Below, one piece after another: positions 1 through 15,527 of a DNA stretch of 64,000 bases. A program made the position numbers and the translations under genes. Within the stretch, counting starts at the first letter, position 1. Each line of letters starts with the position of its first letter. Under the pieces are notes generated by a model that saw nothing but the letters and a program-made list of their open reading frames with translations, searched no databases and was not told the origin of the DNA. Source of the stretch: Eledone cirrhosa (Eukaryota); NCBI GenBank assembly GCA_964016885.1, contig OZ024741.1, positions 67,084,001 to 67,148,000 of the forward strand, read 5' to 3'.

Positions 1-3000
1 CAACACCAACGATAGTAACACTAACAACACCAACGATAGTAACACCCACAACACCAACGATAGTAACACTAACAACACCAACGATAGTAACACTAACAAT
101 ACCAACGATAGTAACACCCACAACACCAACGATAGTAACACTAACAACACCAACGATAGTAACACCCACAACACCAACGATAGTAACACCCACAACACCA
201 ACGATAGTAACACTAACAACACCAACGATAGTAACACTAACAACACCAACGATAGTAACACTAACAACACCAACGATAGTAACACCCACAACACCAACGA
301 TAGTAACACTAACAACACCAACGATAGTAACACTAACAACACCAACGATAGTAACACTAACAACACCAACGATAGTAACACTAACAACACCAACGATAGT
401 AACACCCACAACACCAACGATAGTAACACTAACAACACCAACGATAGTAACACCCACAACACCAACGATAGTAACACTAACAATACCAACGATAGTAACA
501 CTAACAACACCAACGATAGTAACACTAACAACACCAACGATAGTAACACTAACAACACCAACGATAGTAACACTAACAACACCAACGATAGTAACACTAA
601 CAACACCAACGATAGTAACACTAACAACACCAACGATAGTAACACTAACAACACCAACGATAGTAACACCCACAACACCAACGATAGTAACACTAACAAC
701 ACCAACGATAGTAACACTAACAATACCAACGATAGTAACACCCACTACACCAACGATAGTAACACTAACAACACCAACGATTGTAACACTAACAACACCA
801 ACGATAGTAACACTAACAACACCAACGATAGTAACACCCACAACACCAACGATAGTAACACTAACAACACCAACGATAGTAACACTAACAATACCTACGA
901 TAGTAACACTAACAACACCAACGATAGTAACACTAACAACACCAACGATAGTAACACCCACAACACCAACGATAGTAACACCCACAACACCAACGATAGT
1001 AACACCCACAACACCAACGATAGTAACACTAACAACACCAATGATAGTAACACCCACAACACCAACGATAGTAACACTAACAACACCAACGATAGTAACA
1101 CTAACAACACCAACGATAGTAACACTAACAACACCAACGATAGTAACACTAACAACACCAACGATAGTAACACTAACAACACCAACGATAGTAACACTAA
1201 CAATACCAACGATAGTAACACCCACAACACCAACGATAGTAACACGAACAACACCAACGATAGTAACACTAACAACACCAACGATAGTAACACTAACAAC
1301 ACCAACGATAGTAACACTAACAACACCAACGATAGTAACACTAACAACACCAACGATAGTAACACCCACAACACCAACGATAGTAACACTAACAACACCA
1401 ACGATAGTAACACTAACAATACCTACGATAGTAACACTAACAACACCAACGATAGTAACACTAACAACACCAACGATAGTAACACTAACAACACCAACGA
1501 TAGTAACACTAACAACACCAACGATAGTAACACTAACAACACCAACGATAGTAACACTAACAACACCAACGATAGTAACACTAACAATACCAACGATAGT
1601 AACACCCACAACACCAACGATAGTAACACGAACAACACCAACGATAGTAACACTAACAACACCAACGATAGTAACACTAACAACACCAACGATAGTAACA
1701 CTAACAACACCAACGATAGTAACACTAACAACACCAACGATAGTAACACCCACAACACCAACGATAGTAACACGAACAACACCAACGATAGTAACACTAA
1801 CAACACCAATGATAGTAACACTAACAACACCAACGATAATAACACTAACATCACCAACGATAGTAACACTAACAACACCAACGATAATAACACTAACATC
1901 ACCAACGATAGTAACACTAACAACACCAACGATAATAACACTAACATCACCAACGATAGTAACACTAACAACACCAACGATAATAACACTAACATCACCA
2001 ACGATAGTAACACTAACAACACCAACGATAATAACACTAACATCACCAACGATAGTAACACTAACAACACCAACGATAGTAACACGAACAACACCAACGA
2101 TAGTAACACTAACAACACCAACGATAGTAACACTAACAACACCAACGATAATAACACTAACATCACCAACGATAGTAACACTAACAACACCAACGATAGT
2201 AACACTAACAACACCAACGATAGTAACACTAACAACACCAACGATAGTAACACTAACAACACCAACGATAGTAACACTAACAACACCAACGATAGTAACA
2301 CTAACAACACCAACGATAATAACACTAACATCACCAACGATAGTAACACTAACAACACCAACGATAGTAACACTAACAACACCAACGATAGTAACACTAA
2401 CAACACCAACGATAGTAACACTAACAACACCAACGATAGTAACACTAACAACACCAACGATAGTAACACTAACAACACCAACGATAATAACACTAACATC
2501 ACCAACGATAGTAACACTAACAACACCAACGATAGTAACACTAACAACACCAACGATAGTAACACTAACAACACCAACGATAGTAACACGAACAACACCA
2601 ACGATAGTAACACTAACAACACCAACGATAGTAACACTAACAACACCAACGATAGTAACACTAACAACACCAACGATAATAACACTAACAACACCAACGA
2701 TAGTAACACCCACAACACCAACGATAGTAACACTAACAACACCAACGATAGTAACACTAACAACACCAACGATAGTAACACTAACAACACCAACGATAGT
2801 AACACTAACATCACCAACGATAGTAACACTAACAACACCAACGATAGTAACACTAACAACACCAACGATAATAACACTAACAACACCAACGATAGTAACA
2901 CCCACAACACCAACAATAGTAACACTAACAACACCAACGATAGTAACACTAACAACACCAACGATAGTAACACTAACAACACCAACGATAGTAACACCCA

Positions 3001-6000
3001 CAACACCAACGATAGTAACACCCACAACACCAACGATAGTAACACTAACAACACCAACGATAATAACACTAACAACACCAACGATAGTAACACTAACAAC
3101 ACCAACGATAGTAACACTAACAACACCAACGATAGTAACACCCACAACACCAACGATAGTAACACCCACAACACCAACGATAGTAACACTAACAACACCA
3201 ACGATAATAACACTAACAACACCAACGATAGTAACACTAACAACACCAACGATAGTAACACTAACAACACCAACGATATTAACACTAACAACACCAACGA
3301 TAGTAACACCCACAACACCAACGATAGTAACACTAACAACACCAACGATAGTAACACTAACAACACCAACGTTAGTAACACTAACAACATCAACGATAGT
3401 AACACTAACAACACCAACGATAGTAACACCCACAACACCAACGATAGTAACACTAACAACACCAACGTTAGTAACACTAACAACATCAACGATAGTAACA
3501 CTAACAACACCAACGATAGTAACACCCACAACACCAACGATAGTAACACTAACAACACCAACGATAGTAACACTAACAACACCAACGATAGTAACACTAA
3601 CAACATCAACGATAGTAACACTAACAACACCAACGATAGTAACACCCACAACACCAACGATAGTAACACTAACAACACCAACGTTAGTAACACTAACAAC
3701 ATCAACGATAGTAACACTAACAACACCAACGATAGTAACACTAACAATACCAACGATAGTAACACTAACAACACCAACGATAGTAACACCCACAACACCA
3801 ACGATAGTAACACTAACAACACCAACGATAGTAACACTAACAACACCAACGATAGTAACACTAACAACATCAACGATAGTAACACTAACAACACCAACGA
3901 TAGTAACACCCACAACACCAACGATAGTAACACTAACAACACCAACGTTAGTAACACTAACAACATCAACGATAGTAACACTAACAACACCCAACGATAG
4001 TAACACTACAACACCAACGATAGTAACACTAACAATACAACGATAGTAACACCCACAACACCAACGATAGTAACACTAACAACACCAACGATAGTAACAC
4101 TAACAACACCAACGATAGTAACACACCACAACACCAACGATAGTAACACTAACAACACCAACGATAGTAACACTAACAACACCAACGATAGTAACACTAA
4201 CAACACCAACGATAGTAACACTAACAACACCAACGATAGTAAACACCCACAACACCAACGATAGTAACACTAACAAACACCAACGATAGTAACACTAACA
4301 ATACCACGATAGTAACACCCACAACACCAACGATAGTAACACTAACAACACCAACGATAGTAACACTAACAAACACCAACGATAGTAACACCCACAACAC
4401 CAAACGATAGTAACACTAACAACACACCAACGATAGTAACACTAACAACACCAACGATAGTAACACTAACAACACCAACGATAGTAACACCCACAACACC
4501 AACGATAGTAACACTAACAACACCAACGATAGTAACACTAACAACACCAACGATAGTAACACTAACAACACCAACGATAGTAACACTAACAACACCAACG
4601 ATAGTAACACACCCACAACACCAACGATAGTAACACTAACAACACCAACGATAGTAACACCCACACACCCAACGATAGTAACACTAACAATACCAACGAT
4701 AGTAACACTAACAACACCAACGATAGTAAACACTAACAACACCAACGATAGTAACACTAACAACACCAACGATAGTAACACTAACACACCAACGATAGTA
4801 ACACTAACAACACCAACGATAGTAACACTAACAACACCAACGATAGTAACACTAACAACACCCAACGATAGTAACACCCACAACACCAACGATAGTAACA
4901 CTAACAACACCAACGATAGTAACACTAACAATACCAACGATAGTAACACCCACTACACCAACGATAGTAACACTAACAACACCAACGATTGTAACACTAA
5001 ACAACACCAACGATAGTAACACTAACAACACCAACGATAGTAACACCCACAACACCAACGATAGTAACACTAACAACACCAACGATAGTAACACTAACAA
5101 TACCTACGATAGTAACACTAACAACACCAACGATAGTAACACTAACAACACCAACGATAGTAACACCCACAACACCAACGATAGTAACACCCACAACACC
5201 AACGATAGTAACACCCACAACACAACGATAGTAACACTAACAACACCAATGATAGTAACACCCACAACACCAACGATAGTAACACTAACAACACCAACGA
5301 TAGTAACACTAACAACACCAACGATAGTAACACTAACAAACAACCAACGATAGTAACACTAACAACACCAACGATAGTAACACTAACAACACCAACGATA
5401 GTAACACTAACAATACCAACGATAGTAACACCCACAACACCAACGATAGTAACACGAACAACACCAACGATAGTAACACTAACAACACCAACGATAGTAA
5501 CACTAACAACACCAACGATAGTAACACTAAACAACACCAACGATAGTAACACTAACAACACCAACGATAGTAACACCCACAACACCAACGATAGTAACAC
5601 TAACAACACCAACGATAGTAACACTAACAATACCTACGATAGTAACACTAACACCACCAACGATAGTAACACTAACAAAACCAACGATAGTAACACTAAC
5701 AACACCAACGATAGTAACACTAACAACACCAACGATAGTAACACTAACAACACCAACGATAGTAACACTAACAACACCAACGATAGTAACACTAACAATA
5801 CCAACGATAGTAACACCCACAACACACCAACGATAGTAACACGAACAACACCAACGATAGTAACACTAACAACACCAACGATAGTAACACTAACAACACC
5901 AACGATAGTAACACGAACAACACCAACGATAGTAACACTAACAACACCAACGATAGTAACACTACAACACCAACGATAGTAACACTAACAACACAAAACG

Positions 6001-9000
6001 ATAATAACACTAACAACACCAACGATAGTAACACCCACAACACCAACGATAGTAACACTAACAACACCAACGATAGTAACACTAACAACACCAACGATAG
6101 TAACACTAACAACACACAACGATAGTAACACTAACATCACCAACGATAGTAACACTAACACACCAACGATAGTAAACAACTAACAACCACCAACGATAAT
6201 AACACTAACAACACCAACGATAGTAACACCCACAACACCAACGATAGTAACACTAACAACACAACGATAGTAACACTAACAACACACCAACGATAGTAAC
6301 ACTAACAACACCAACGATAGTAACACCCACAACACCAACGATAGTAACACCCACAACACCAACGATAGTAACACTAACAACACCAACGATAATAACACTA
6401 ACAACACCAACCGATAGTAACACTAACAACACCAACGATAGTAACACTAACAACACCAACGATAGTAACACCCACAACACCAACGATAGTAACACCCACA
6501 ACACCAACGATAGTAACACTAACAACACCAACGATAATACACTAACAAACACCAACGATAGTAACACTAACAACACCAACGATAAGTAACACTAACAACA
6601 CCAACGATATTAACACTAACAACACCAACGATAGTAACAACCACAACACCAACGATAGTAACACTAACAACACCAACGATAGTAACACTAACAACACCAA
6701 CGTTAGTAACACTAACAACACAACGATAGTAACACTAACACACCACTAACACAACCACCAACGATAGTAACACTAACAACACCAACGATAGTAACACTAA
6801 CAACACAACGATAGTAACACTACAACACCAACGATAGTAACACCCACAAACACCAACGATAGTAAACACTAACAACACCAACGATGTAACACTAACAACA
6901 CCAACGATAGTAACACTAACAACATCAACGATAGTAACACTAACAACACCAACGATAGTAACACCCACAACACCAACGATAGTAACACTAACAACACCAA
7001 CGTTAGTAACACTAACAACATCAACGATAGTAACACTAACAACACCAACGATAGTAAACACTAACAATACAACGATAGTAACACTAACACACCAACGATA
7101 GTAACACCCACAACACCAACGATAGTAACACTAACCAACACCAACGATAGTAACACTAACAACAACCAAACGATAGTAACACTAACAACATCAACGATAG
7201 TAACACTAACAACACCAACGATAGTAACACCCACAACACCAACGATAGTAACACTAACAACACCAACGTTAGTAACACTAACAATAGTAACACTAACAAC
7301 ACCAACGATAGTAACACTAACAATACCAACGATAGTAACACCCACAACACCAACGATAGTAACACTAACAACACCAACGATAGTAACACTAACAACACCA
7401 ACGATAGTAACACCCACAACACCAACGATAGTAACACTAACAACACCAACGATAGTAACACTAACAACACCAACGATAGTAACACTAACAACACCAACGA
7501 TAGTAACACTAACAACACCAACGATAGTAACACCCACAACACCAACGATAGTAACACTAACAACACCAACGATAGTAACACTAACAATACCAACGATAGT
7601 AACACCCACAACACCAACGATAGTAACACTAACAACACCAACGATAGTAACACTAACAACACCAACGATAGTAACACCCACAACACCAACGATAGTAACA
7701 CTAACAACACCAACGATAGTAACACTAACAACACCAACGATAGTAACACTAACAACACCAACGATAGTAACACCCACAACACCAACGATAGTAACACTAA
7801 CAACACCAACGATAGTAACACTAACAACACCAACGATAGTAACACTAACAACACCAACGATAGTAACACTAACAACACCAACGATAGTAACACCCACAAC
7901 ACCAACGATAGTAACACTAACAACACCAACGATAGTAACACCCACAACACCAACGATAGTAACACTAACAATACCAACGATAGTAACACTAACAACACCA
8001 ACGATAGTAACACTAACAACACCAACGATAGTAACACTAACAACACCAACGATAGTAACACTAACAACACCAACGATAGTAACACTAACAACACCAACGA
8101 TAGTAACACTAACAACACCAACGATAGTAACACTAACAACACCAACGATAGTAACACCCACAACACCAACGATAGTAACACTAACAACACCAACGATAGT
8201 AACACTAACAATACCAACGATAGTAACACCCACTACACCAACGATAGTAACACTAACAACACCAACGATTGTAACACTAACAACACCAACGATAGTAACA
8301 CTAACAACACCAACGATAGTAACACCCACAACACCAACGATAGTAACACTAACAACACCAACGATAGTAACACTAACAATACCTACGATAGTAACACTAA
8401 CAACACCAACGATAGTAACACTAACAACACCAACGATAGTAACACCCACAACACCAACGATAGTAACACCCACAACACCAACGATAGTAACACCCACAAC
8501 ACCAACGATAGTAACACTAACAACACCAATGATAGTAACACCCACAACACCAACGATAGTAACACTAACAACACCAACGATAGTAACACTAACAACACCA
8601 ACGATAGTAACACTAACAACACCAACGATAGTAACACTAACAACACCAACGATAGTAACACTAACAACACCAACGATAGTAACACTAACAATACCAACGA
8701 TAGTAACACCCACAACACCAACGATAGTAACACGAACAACACCAACGATAGTAACACTAACAACACCAACGATAGTAACACTAACAACACCAACGATAGT
8801 AACACTAACAACACCAACGATAGTAACACTAACAACACCAACGATAGTAACACCCACAACACCAACGATAGTAACACTAACAACACCAACGATAGTAACA
8901 CTAACAATACCTACGATAGTAACACTAACAACACCAACGATAGTAACACTAACAAAACCAACGATAGTAACACTAACAACACCAACGATAGTAACACTAA

Positions 9001-10487
9001 CAACACCAACGATAGTAACACTAACAACACCAACGATAGTAACACTAACAACACCAACGATAGTAACACTAACAATACCAACGATAGTAACACCCACAAC
9101 ACCAACGATAGTAACACGAACAACACCAACGATAGTAACACTAACAACACCAACGATAGTAACACTAACAACACCAACGATAGTAACACGAACAACACCA
9201 ACGATAGTAACACTAACAACACCAACGATAGTAACACTAACAACACCAACGATAGTAACACTAACAACACCAACGATAATAACACTAACAACACCAACGA
9301 TAGTAACACCCACAACACCAACGATAGTAACACTAACAACACCAACGATAGTAACACTAACAACACCAACGATAGTAACACTAACAACACCAACGATAGT
9401 AACACTAACATCACCAACGATAGTAACACTAACAACACCAACGATAGTAACACTAACAACACCAACGATAATAACACTAACAACACCAACGATAGTAACA
9501 CCCACAACACCAACAATATTAACACTAACAACACCAACGATAGTAACACTAACAACACCAACGATAGTAACACTAACAACACCAACGATAGTAACACCCA
9601 CAACACCAACGATAGTAACACCCACAACACCAACGATAGTAACACTAACAACACCAACGATAATAACACTAACAACACCAACGATAGTAACACTAACAAC
9701 ACCAACGATAGTAACACTAACAACACCAACGATAGTAACACCCACAACACCAACGATAGTAACACCCACAACACCAACGATAGTAACACTAACAACACCA
9801 ACGATAATAACACTAACAACACCAACGATAGTAACACTAACAACACCAACGATAGTAACACTAACAACACCAACGATAGTAACACCCACAACACCAGCGA
9901 TAGTAACACTAACAACACCAACGATAGTAACACTAACAACACCAACGTTAGTAACACTAACAACATCAACGATAGTAACACTAACAACACCAACGATAGT
10001 AACACCCACAACACCAACGATAGTAACACTAACAACACCAACGTTAGTAACACTAACAACATCAACGATAGTAACACTAACAACACCAACGATAGTAACA
10101 CCCACAACACCAACGATAGTAACACTAACAACACCAACGATAGTAACACTAACAACACCAACGATAGTAACACTAACAACATCAACGATAGTAACACTAA
10201 CAACACCAACGATAGTAACACCCACAACACCAACGATAGTAACACTAACAACACCAACGTTAGTAACACTAACAACATCAACGATAGTAACACTAACAAC
10301 ACCAACGATAGTAACACTAACAACACCAACGATAGTAACACTAACAACATCAACGATAGTAACACCAACAACACCAACGATAGTAACACTAACAACACCA
10401 ACGATAGTAACACTAACAACATCAACGATAGTAACACTAACAACACCAACGATAGTAACACTAACAATACCAACGATAGTAACACTA
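1..10487. repeat. 24-bp minisatellite array (CAACACCAACGATAGTAACACTAA)n with higher-order structure; runs off the window start
   Basis: Continuous 24-bp period. Variant block cccactacac/acgattgt/atacctacga/aatgatag recurs near 741-1045, 4949-5252 and 8229-8533. About 3990-7170 is rich in 1-bp indels. Confidence 0.98.
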
Positions 10488-10747
10488 CCACCACCACCAA
10501 CAACAACAATCCTGACAACATCTACAAACATATCGACTACCGCACCCTCACGACCTACACATATACTAAAATGATCGACTCTACAACAACCACTATCAAC
10601 GTGTCTTACAACTTTAATTATAACCACACCTCAGAGACAATTCAATTTAATTCTTTCTTTAAATCCCATTTCTGACACTTAAGCTTAAAATTGATGAAAT
10701 GCATTATCAACGTGATCGCTTTTAGAATATATTTACTACGTCTCACA

Positions 10748-10870
10748 GACGTGAAGTCACATGGCTTAGTGGTTAAGGTGTTCGGTCTACAATCGTGAGT
10801 TGTATCCTTCAAAAAGCTAATTTCTCGTTGTAACAGGCAAACATGAATTGTGCTTGTAATTCAAATGCCC
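10748..10870 (+). mobile_element. Degenerate tRNA-derived SINE 5' fragment
   Basis: A-box-like atggcttagtggttaagg resembling the SINE head at 32061(-). Confidence 0.45.
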
Positions 10871-11530
10871 GTGTTTGTCACATCTTGTACCAGAAAGTTT
10901 CACACTGAGACCTATGTTAATGGCACACGTGTTCAGCGACCTGTTCAGTAAATTTCACAAGCTGGCTAGAGTCTTACTGGCACTAGTCACAGTCCCGACA
11001 GAAATCCAACACATACGCATGACAGTCATTCCTACCATGTTCTATCATATTATGTGGTGTAATACGGTATTCTGTTTAGTTTCATTTCTGGTAGACCAAA
11101 TAAATGATATACTTTGTATGGACCTCCATCGGTTTCGTCGATGAGTGTCCCGGCTGCTCTATTAGCCAGCTCTATAAAATAAGGTTTAATTGTCTCAGCA
11201 TTCCGCAGACACAAATACCCTTAATGTATTTTTTAGTTCCAGTCGACGTGACGGGCGTCCGAGTACTTTCCATCTACTCCAAATCACTCATGAGATCGAC
11301 TCGACTCATGGTAAATGACCCTTGCTCAAGATGTCACGCAGTAGAATTGAAGTCGGTACCTAATGATTCTGAAGAGAACTCCAATACTATTCGGTCATGT
11401 TGCAACCGCTAAATTTATATACATACGTATATATGCACATGCGCACGTATACACACATATATAGATATAGACAGGCATTAACATGACTTGACATACGTAT
11501 ATATAGAGAGTGACAGGTATTAACATGACT

Positions 11531-11575
<45 letters not shown>

Positions 11576-11590
11576 CATATATATATATAT

Positions 11591-11778
11591 AACGAAGGAG
11601 GTGTGGTAAGGAACCAGATGGACCATAACGCACCAGAGTACTCAATACTTAGGGAGGTAGAGTGGGTAATAGGAAATGTTTGACCCCGACGGCAGAGCTC
11701 AAGCCATTTCGAAGGCTATTTCCAGAAATAGCCGTCGAAATGGGTTGAGCTCTGCCGTCGGGGTCAAACATTTCCCCA
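11591..11778. mobile_element. Short fold-back element in (TA)n, family A copy 1 (putative truncated PLE pLTR)
   Basis: About 80-bp tail shared with 14749 and 47729, then a hairpin at 11672-11775; (TA)n on both sides. Confidence 0.8.
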
Positions 11779-12011
11779 TATATATATATATATGCTATAT
11801 ATATATATATATATAGATAGATAATTTAATATATCAACTAACATAAGCGCACAGATGTACGCTAATGCCAGCAAATACACAGGTTATGTCATAGTACCTA
11901 GGTGGTTCAATGCAGGAGGATGCAGAACAATAATATAAAAGACGTAAAATAAGAAAATCTTTTAAAAAAAAGTTTTTACGTCTTTTATATATATATATAT
12001 GTATATATATG

Positions 12012-12062
<51 letters not shown>

Positions 12063-12113
12063 ATATTTGGGGAGGGTCATATTTGCGTAATATTGCCAGA
12101 ATTAATAACCCGT

Positions 12114-12218
<105 letters not shown>

Positions 12219-12519
12219 GTATGTATATATATATATGTATGTATATATATGTATTTGCAGTTGCTTTAGTATTTATACATTTATATACCTGCACAATAAA
12301 ATTGTTTTTCCATCCAATGTTACCTATATTTAAATTATAACTTTTATGTAGTCCCTAAGATTAAAAAATTTCGCATTTTCTGGTCCTAATGACATCTACC
12401 TTAATGTATATGCCTTATCTTAACTATCATCATTATACAAACATAACATTTTAAGTAACTGAATCCCCTTGTTAATTCTGGCCATTTTCTTTTCCTTTTT
12501 ATTTACTATTTGTATTGGT

Positions 12520-12660
12520 GATTTGCCTTTAAGTGTAAATGTACGAGTTCTATTAATGTTTAACACGGCACCAACACCTAAATAACTCTGTTAAACATAA
12601 TTAGCGTTTACAATTTATTTTATTATATCTTGCAGCCTTCGGCGTAATTTTTTATATTTC
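12520..12660 (-). pseudogene. Highly decayed PLE GIY-YIG C-terminal remnant
   Basis: Minus strand reads KITPKAARYNKINCKR*LCLTELF, resembling KILQKARSYNGGHKGCDLCMSE of the 53633 element. Confidence 0.35.
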
Positions 12661-13328
12661 AATGTTTATATCTTCAATAATGGTGACTTGACAAACACAA
12701 ATTCTATGTCTTTCTTCAGGGGGAATTTTGCTCATTATCCATTAATTTGTTTTACTTTTAACGTTTTCACGGCAGTTCAGGTTTCCCTGTATAAATCTCT
12801 AATTCCTCCCATTATTTATACACTCCCCCATACTACAATCATTTTAATATGTAAACTCTAACATTCCTCACAATGATTGACAAGAAGCCCGTGGTGATAA
12901 TTCGAGGTCGTGGTTTAGTAAATAAATATTAAGTAATTTTTCACTTAATGTTGTTGACGTTTTCAGTTTTAAGAATATATACATACATACACGCACGTAT
13001 ACATAAACAAACACAAACACGCATACACACACATACATACACACCTATATATAACCCTCCATCTATACATACATACACACATATATACATATATATATAT
13101 ACACACCGACATACATATATATATGTATACATACACACACACACATATACATATATACATACAAAACTACTAATATATATATATATAGAGAGAGATTTTG
13201 AGTTTATGTTGGTTGTATACCAACACCTCAGTGAAATAACAACCCAACCAGGAACTGGGCATATCAGAGTATTGACAATATTATACACCTCAACAACATA
13301 TGTACTTGTCTATACCATACTAATTCAA

Positions 13329-13383
13329 ACTGCCTGAAAAGGTCACAGCCAAAGATGGCTGTCACTGAAATATATATAACAGT
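13329..13383 (+). ncRNA. Degenerate minimal hammerhead ribozyme motif
   Basis: actgc-CTGAAAA-ggtc acagcc/ggctgt cact-GAAA-tatata-TA-acagt; one core mismatch (G8 to A). Confidence 0.5.
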
Positions 13384-13430
13384 AATAAACGAAGCTAAAT
13401 TTTAATCATTTGACTTTTTATTTAACTTTA

Positions 13431-13530
<100 letters not shown>

Positions 13531-14180
13531 ATATGTATATATATATATATATATACATAAATACATATATACGTGCATACATGTGGACATCTACCTCAAA
13601 TAATACAGATCCACATATGCACATTGGCATCCATGTCTACACACGCACACACAAATATATATATACATACACTCATATATACACACATGTATAGACACGT
13701 GTTGCTGTGTGTTTGTGTATTGTGTGTCTGTGTGTGTGTTTTGTGTATGTATGTGTTGTGTGTGTGTGTGTGCTTAAAATTACAAGCTTTAGCAGTATTA
13801 TCTGAAAATGTTGCTCAATATAATAAGTAAGATATTTAAAATTTATTTACCTTACAGCGAATTCTAATTTTCGTCAGTGAAGACGCGTGGATTAGTAGTT
13901 GGGTTGTACTTTCAAGATCATGTGATAGTGAAGTAGATTCACCGTGACGCCCAGCATTTTTGATACTTTATTTCTAGTCGCTCCTGTTCACTCAGCTAGC
14001 AAAAATTATTTATACCTGTTGTACAAAGGATCAGCTTGCTCACGCACATTGAATCTCCCCGAGAAAGTATTAAGGATACACGTGTTTGTGGAATGGAATG
14101 CTCAATCACTTGCTTATTGGTTTCATAAAAACACTGTTCCATTCTCCTAACAACTGGAACATTCATCGTAACTCAAGTAA

Positions 14181-14260
<80 letters not shown>

Positions 14261-14310
14261 TATTCAAAATATTAACAAATGAAAAATATTCTCATAATCA
14301 AAATATAAAC

Positions 14311-14370
14311 TTTATTATATATATTTCAAAGGTACTGTGTTGTTTTTTCAGTACGCCCTCATCAGACAAA
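14311..14370 (-). ncRNA. Minimal type I hammerhead ribozyme (PLE type)
   Basis: tttgt-CTGATGA-gggc gtactg/cagtac cttt-GAAA-tatata-TA-ataaa; intact core, stems I and II, palindromic stem III. Confidence 0.8.
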
Positions 14371-14507
14371 ATATATGATTTGATATATGACATGCCGCTA
14401 CGGTCTTGATTATTCAAATTCCAGTATTGGCAGTCAATACTGGAATTGCTAATACTGGAATAGAATAATCAAGACCGTAGCGGTATGTCATATATCAAAT
14501 CATATAT

Positions 14508-14567
14508 TTTGTCTGATGAGGACGTACTGAAAAAACAACACAGTACCTTTGAAATATATATAATCAG
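14508..14567 (+). ncRNA. Minimal hammerhead ribozyme, mirror copy
   Basis: CTGATGA at 14513-14519, GAAA at 14551-14554; stem I weakened by substitutions. Confidence 0.65.
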
Positions 14568-14712
14568 GTATATATTTTGATTATGAGAATATTTTTCATT
14601 TGTTAATATTTCGAATAATATTAAAAACTCCAGGAAAACCTTTTGTTGAGTGCTTCTAATCTATTGTAAAATTGTATTCATCGAGTAATCAACGAACCAT
14701 ACTAATCTTTGG

Positions 14713-14748
<36 letters not shown>

Positions 14749-14750
<2 letters not shown>

Positions 14751-14945
14751 CGAAGGAATTGTGGTATGGAACCAGCTGGACCATAACGCACCAGAGTGCT
14801 CGATACTTTGTGTAGTAGAGTGGGTAATAGGAAAATATTCAAGACCCCGACGGCAGAGCTCAAGCCTTTTCGACGGCTATTTCTGGACTTAAATAGCCGT
14901 CGAAACGGCTTGAGCTCTGCCGTCGGGGTGTTGAACATTTTCCTA
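14749..14945. mobile_element. Short fold-back element in (TA)n, family A copy 2
   Basis: Homologous to 11591 and 47729; hairpin 14828-14945; (TA)n on both sides. Confidence 0.8.
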
Positions 14946-15243
14946 TATATATATATATATATATATACTGTATATATATATATATATATCCATACGTATC
15001 CACCCGTAGCACATGGGAGAATTGTAAGACCAGGTTAGTGACATAGGGCTTTTCATGGTCATTTTTCTTTTAACATCGTGTTGTCCATTTTCTTACCTTC
15101 ACTTCGGGTCTGAACAGAGTCGATTTCTTCCAGAAAGAAGAGAGAGTGGTGGAGAGGACGTGAAAGAGATATATAGAGGAAGAATTGAGCCCAATAATGG
15201 AATAATACTTTCTTATCGAAATGAGGAAGGGTAAATATACTTA

Positions 15244-15491
15244 CTAGCTGAATTACCCGGCGTTGCCCGGGTTACGGCTGTTCTTATTCAGATTAGTAAA
15301 CAATAAATAGGAAGATATTTTTTCTCTCATAATTATTTCACATATCACTATTTTATTTTTAAAAAATATCAAAATTGTAATGATGGTAGAATTTAGAAAT
15401 GAAAATCTGTCAATCTTGAAGCACCTTAGGGTAAACAATCTTCATTGTGTAATTTATGTATGTGTAGATGTGTGTGTGTGTGTGTGTGTGC

Positions 15492-15527
<36 letters not shown>

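Larger units (their letters stand above)
14258..14714. mobile_element. Fold-back cassette (arms 14258-14415 / 14463-14620) with a ~95-bp one-sided tail; putative inverted PLE pLTR
   Basis: Near-perfect inverted repeat between CA/TA and TA tracts; the spacer holds its own mini-hairpin; hammerhead motif on each arm. Confidence 0.85.

Noticed and set aside
1-10487. CRISPR array or telomeric repeat interpretation of the 24-bp array
   Set aside because: Monomers are contiguous with no unique spacers, there are no cas genes, the context is eukaryotic, and the unit is not TTAGGG-like.
895-10627. Long minus-strand ORFs (LLVLLSLV)n and (VVSVTIVG)n as membrane proteins
   Set aside because: These are antisense translations of a stop-poor repeat, with no domain or unique sequence support.
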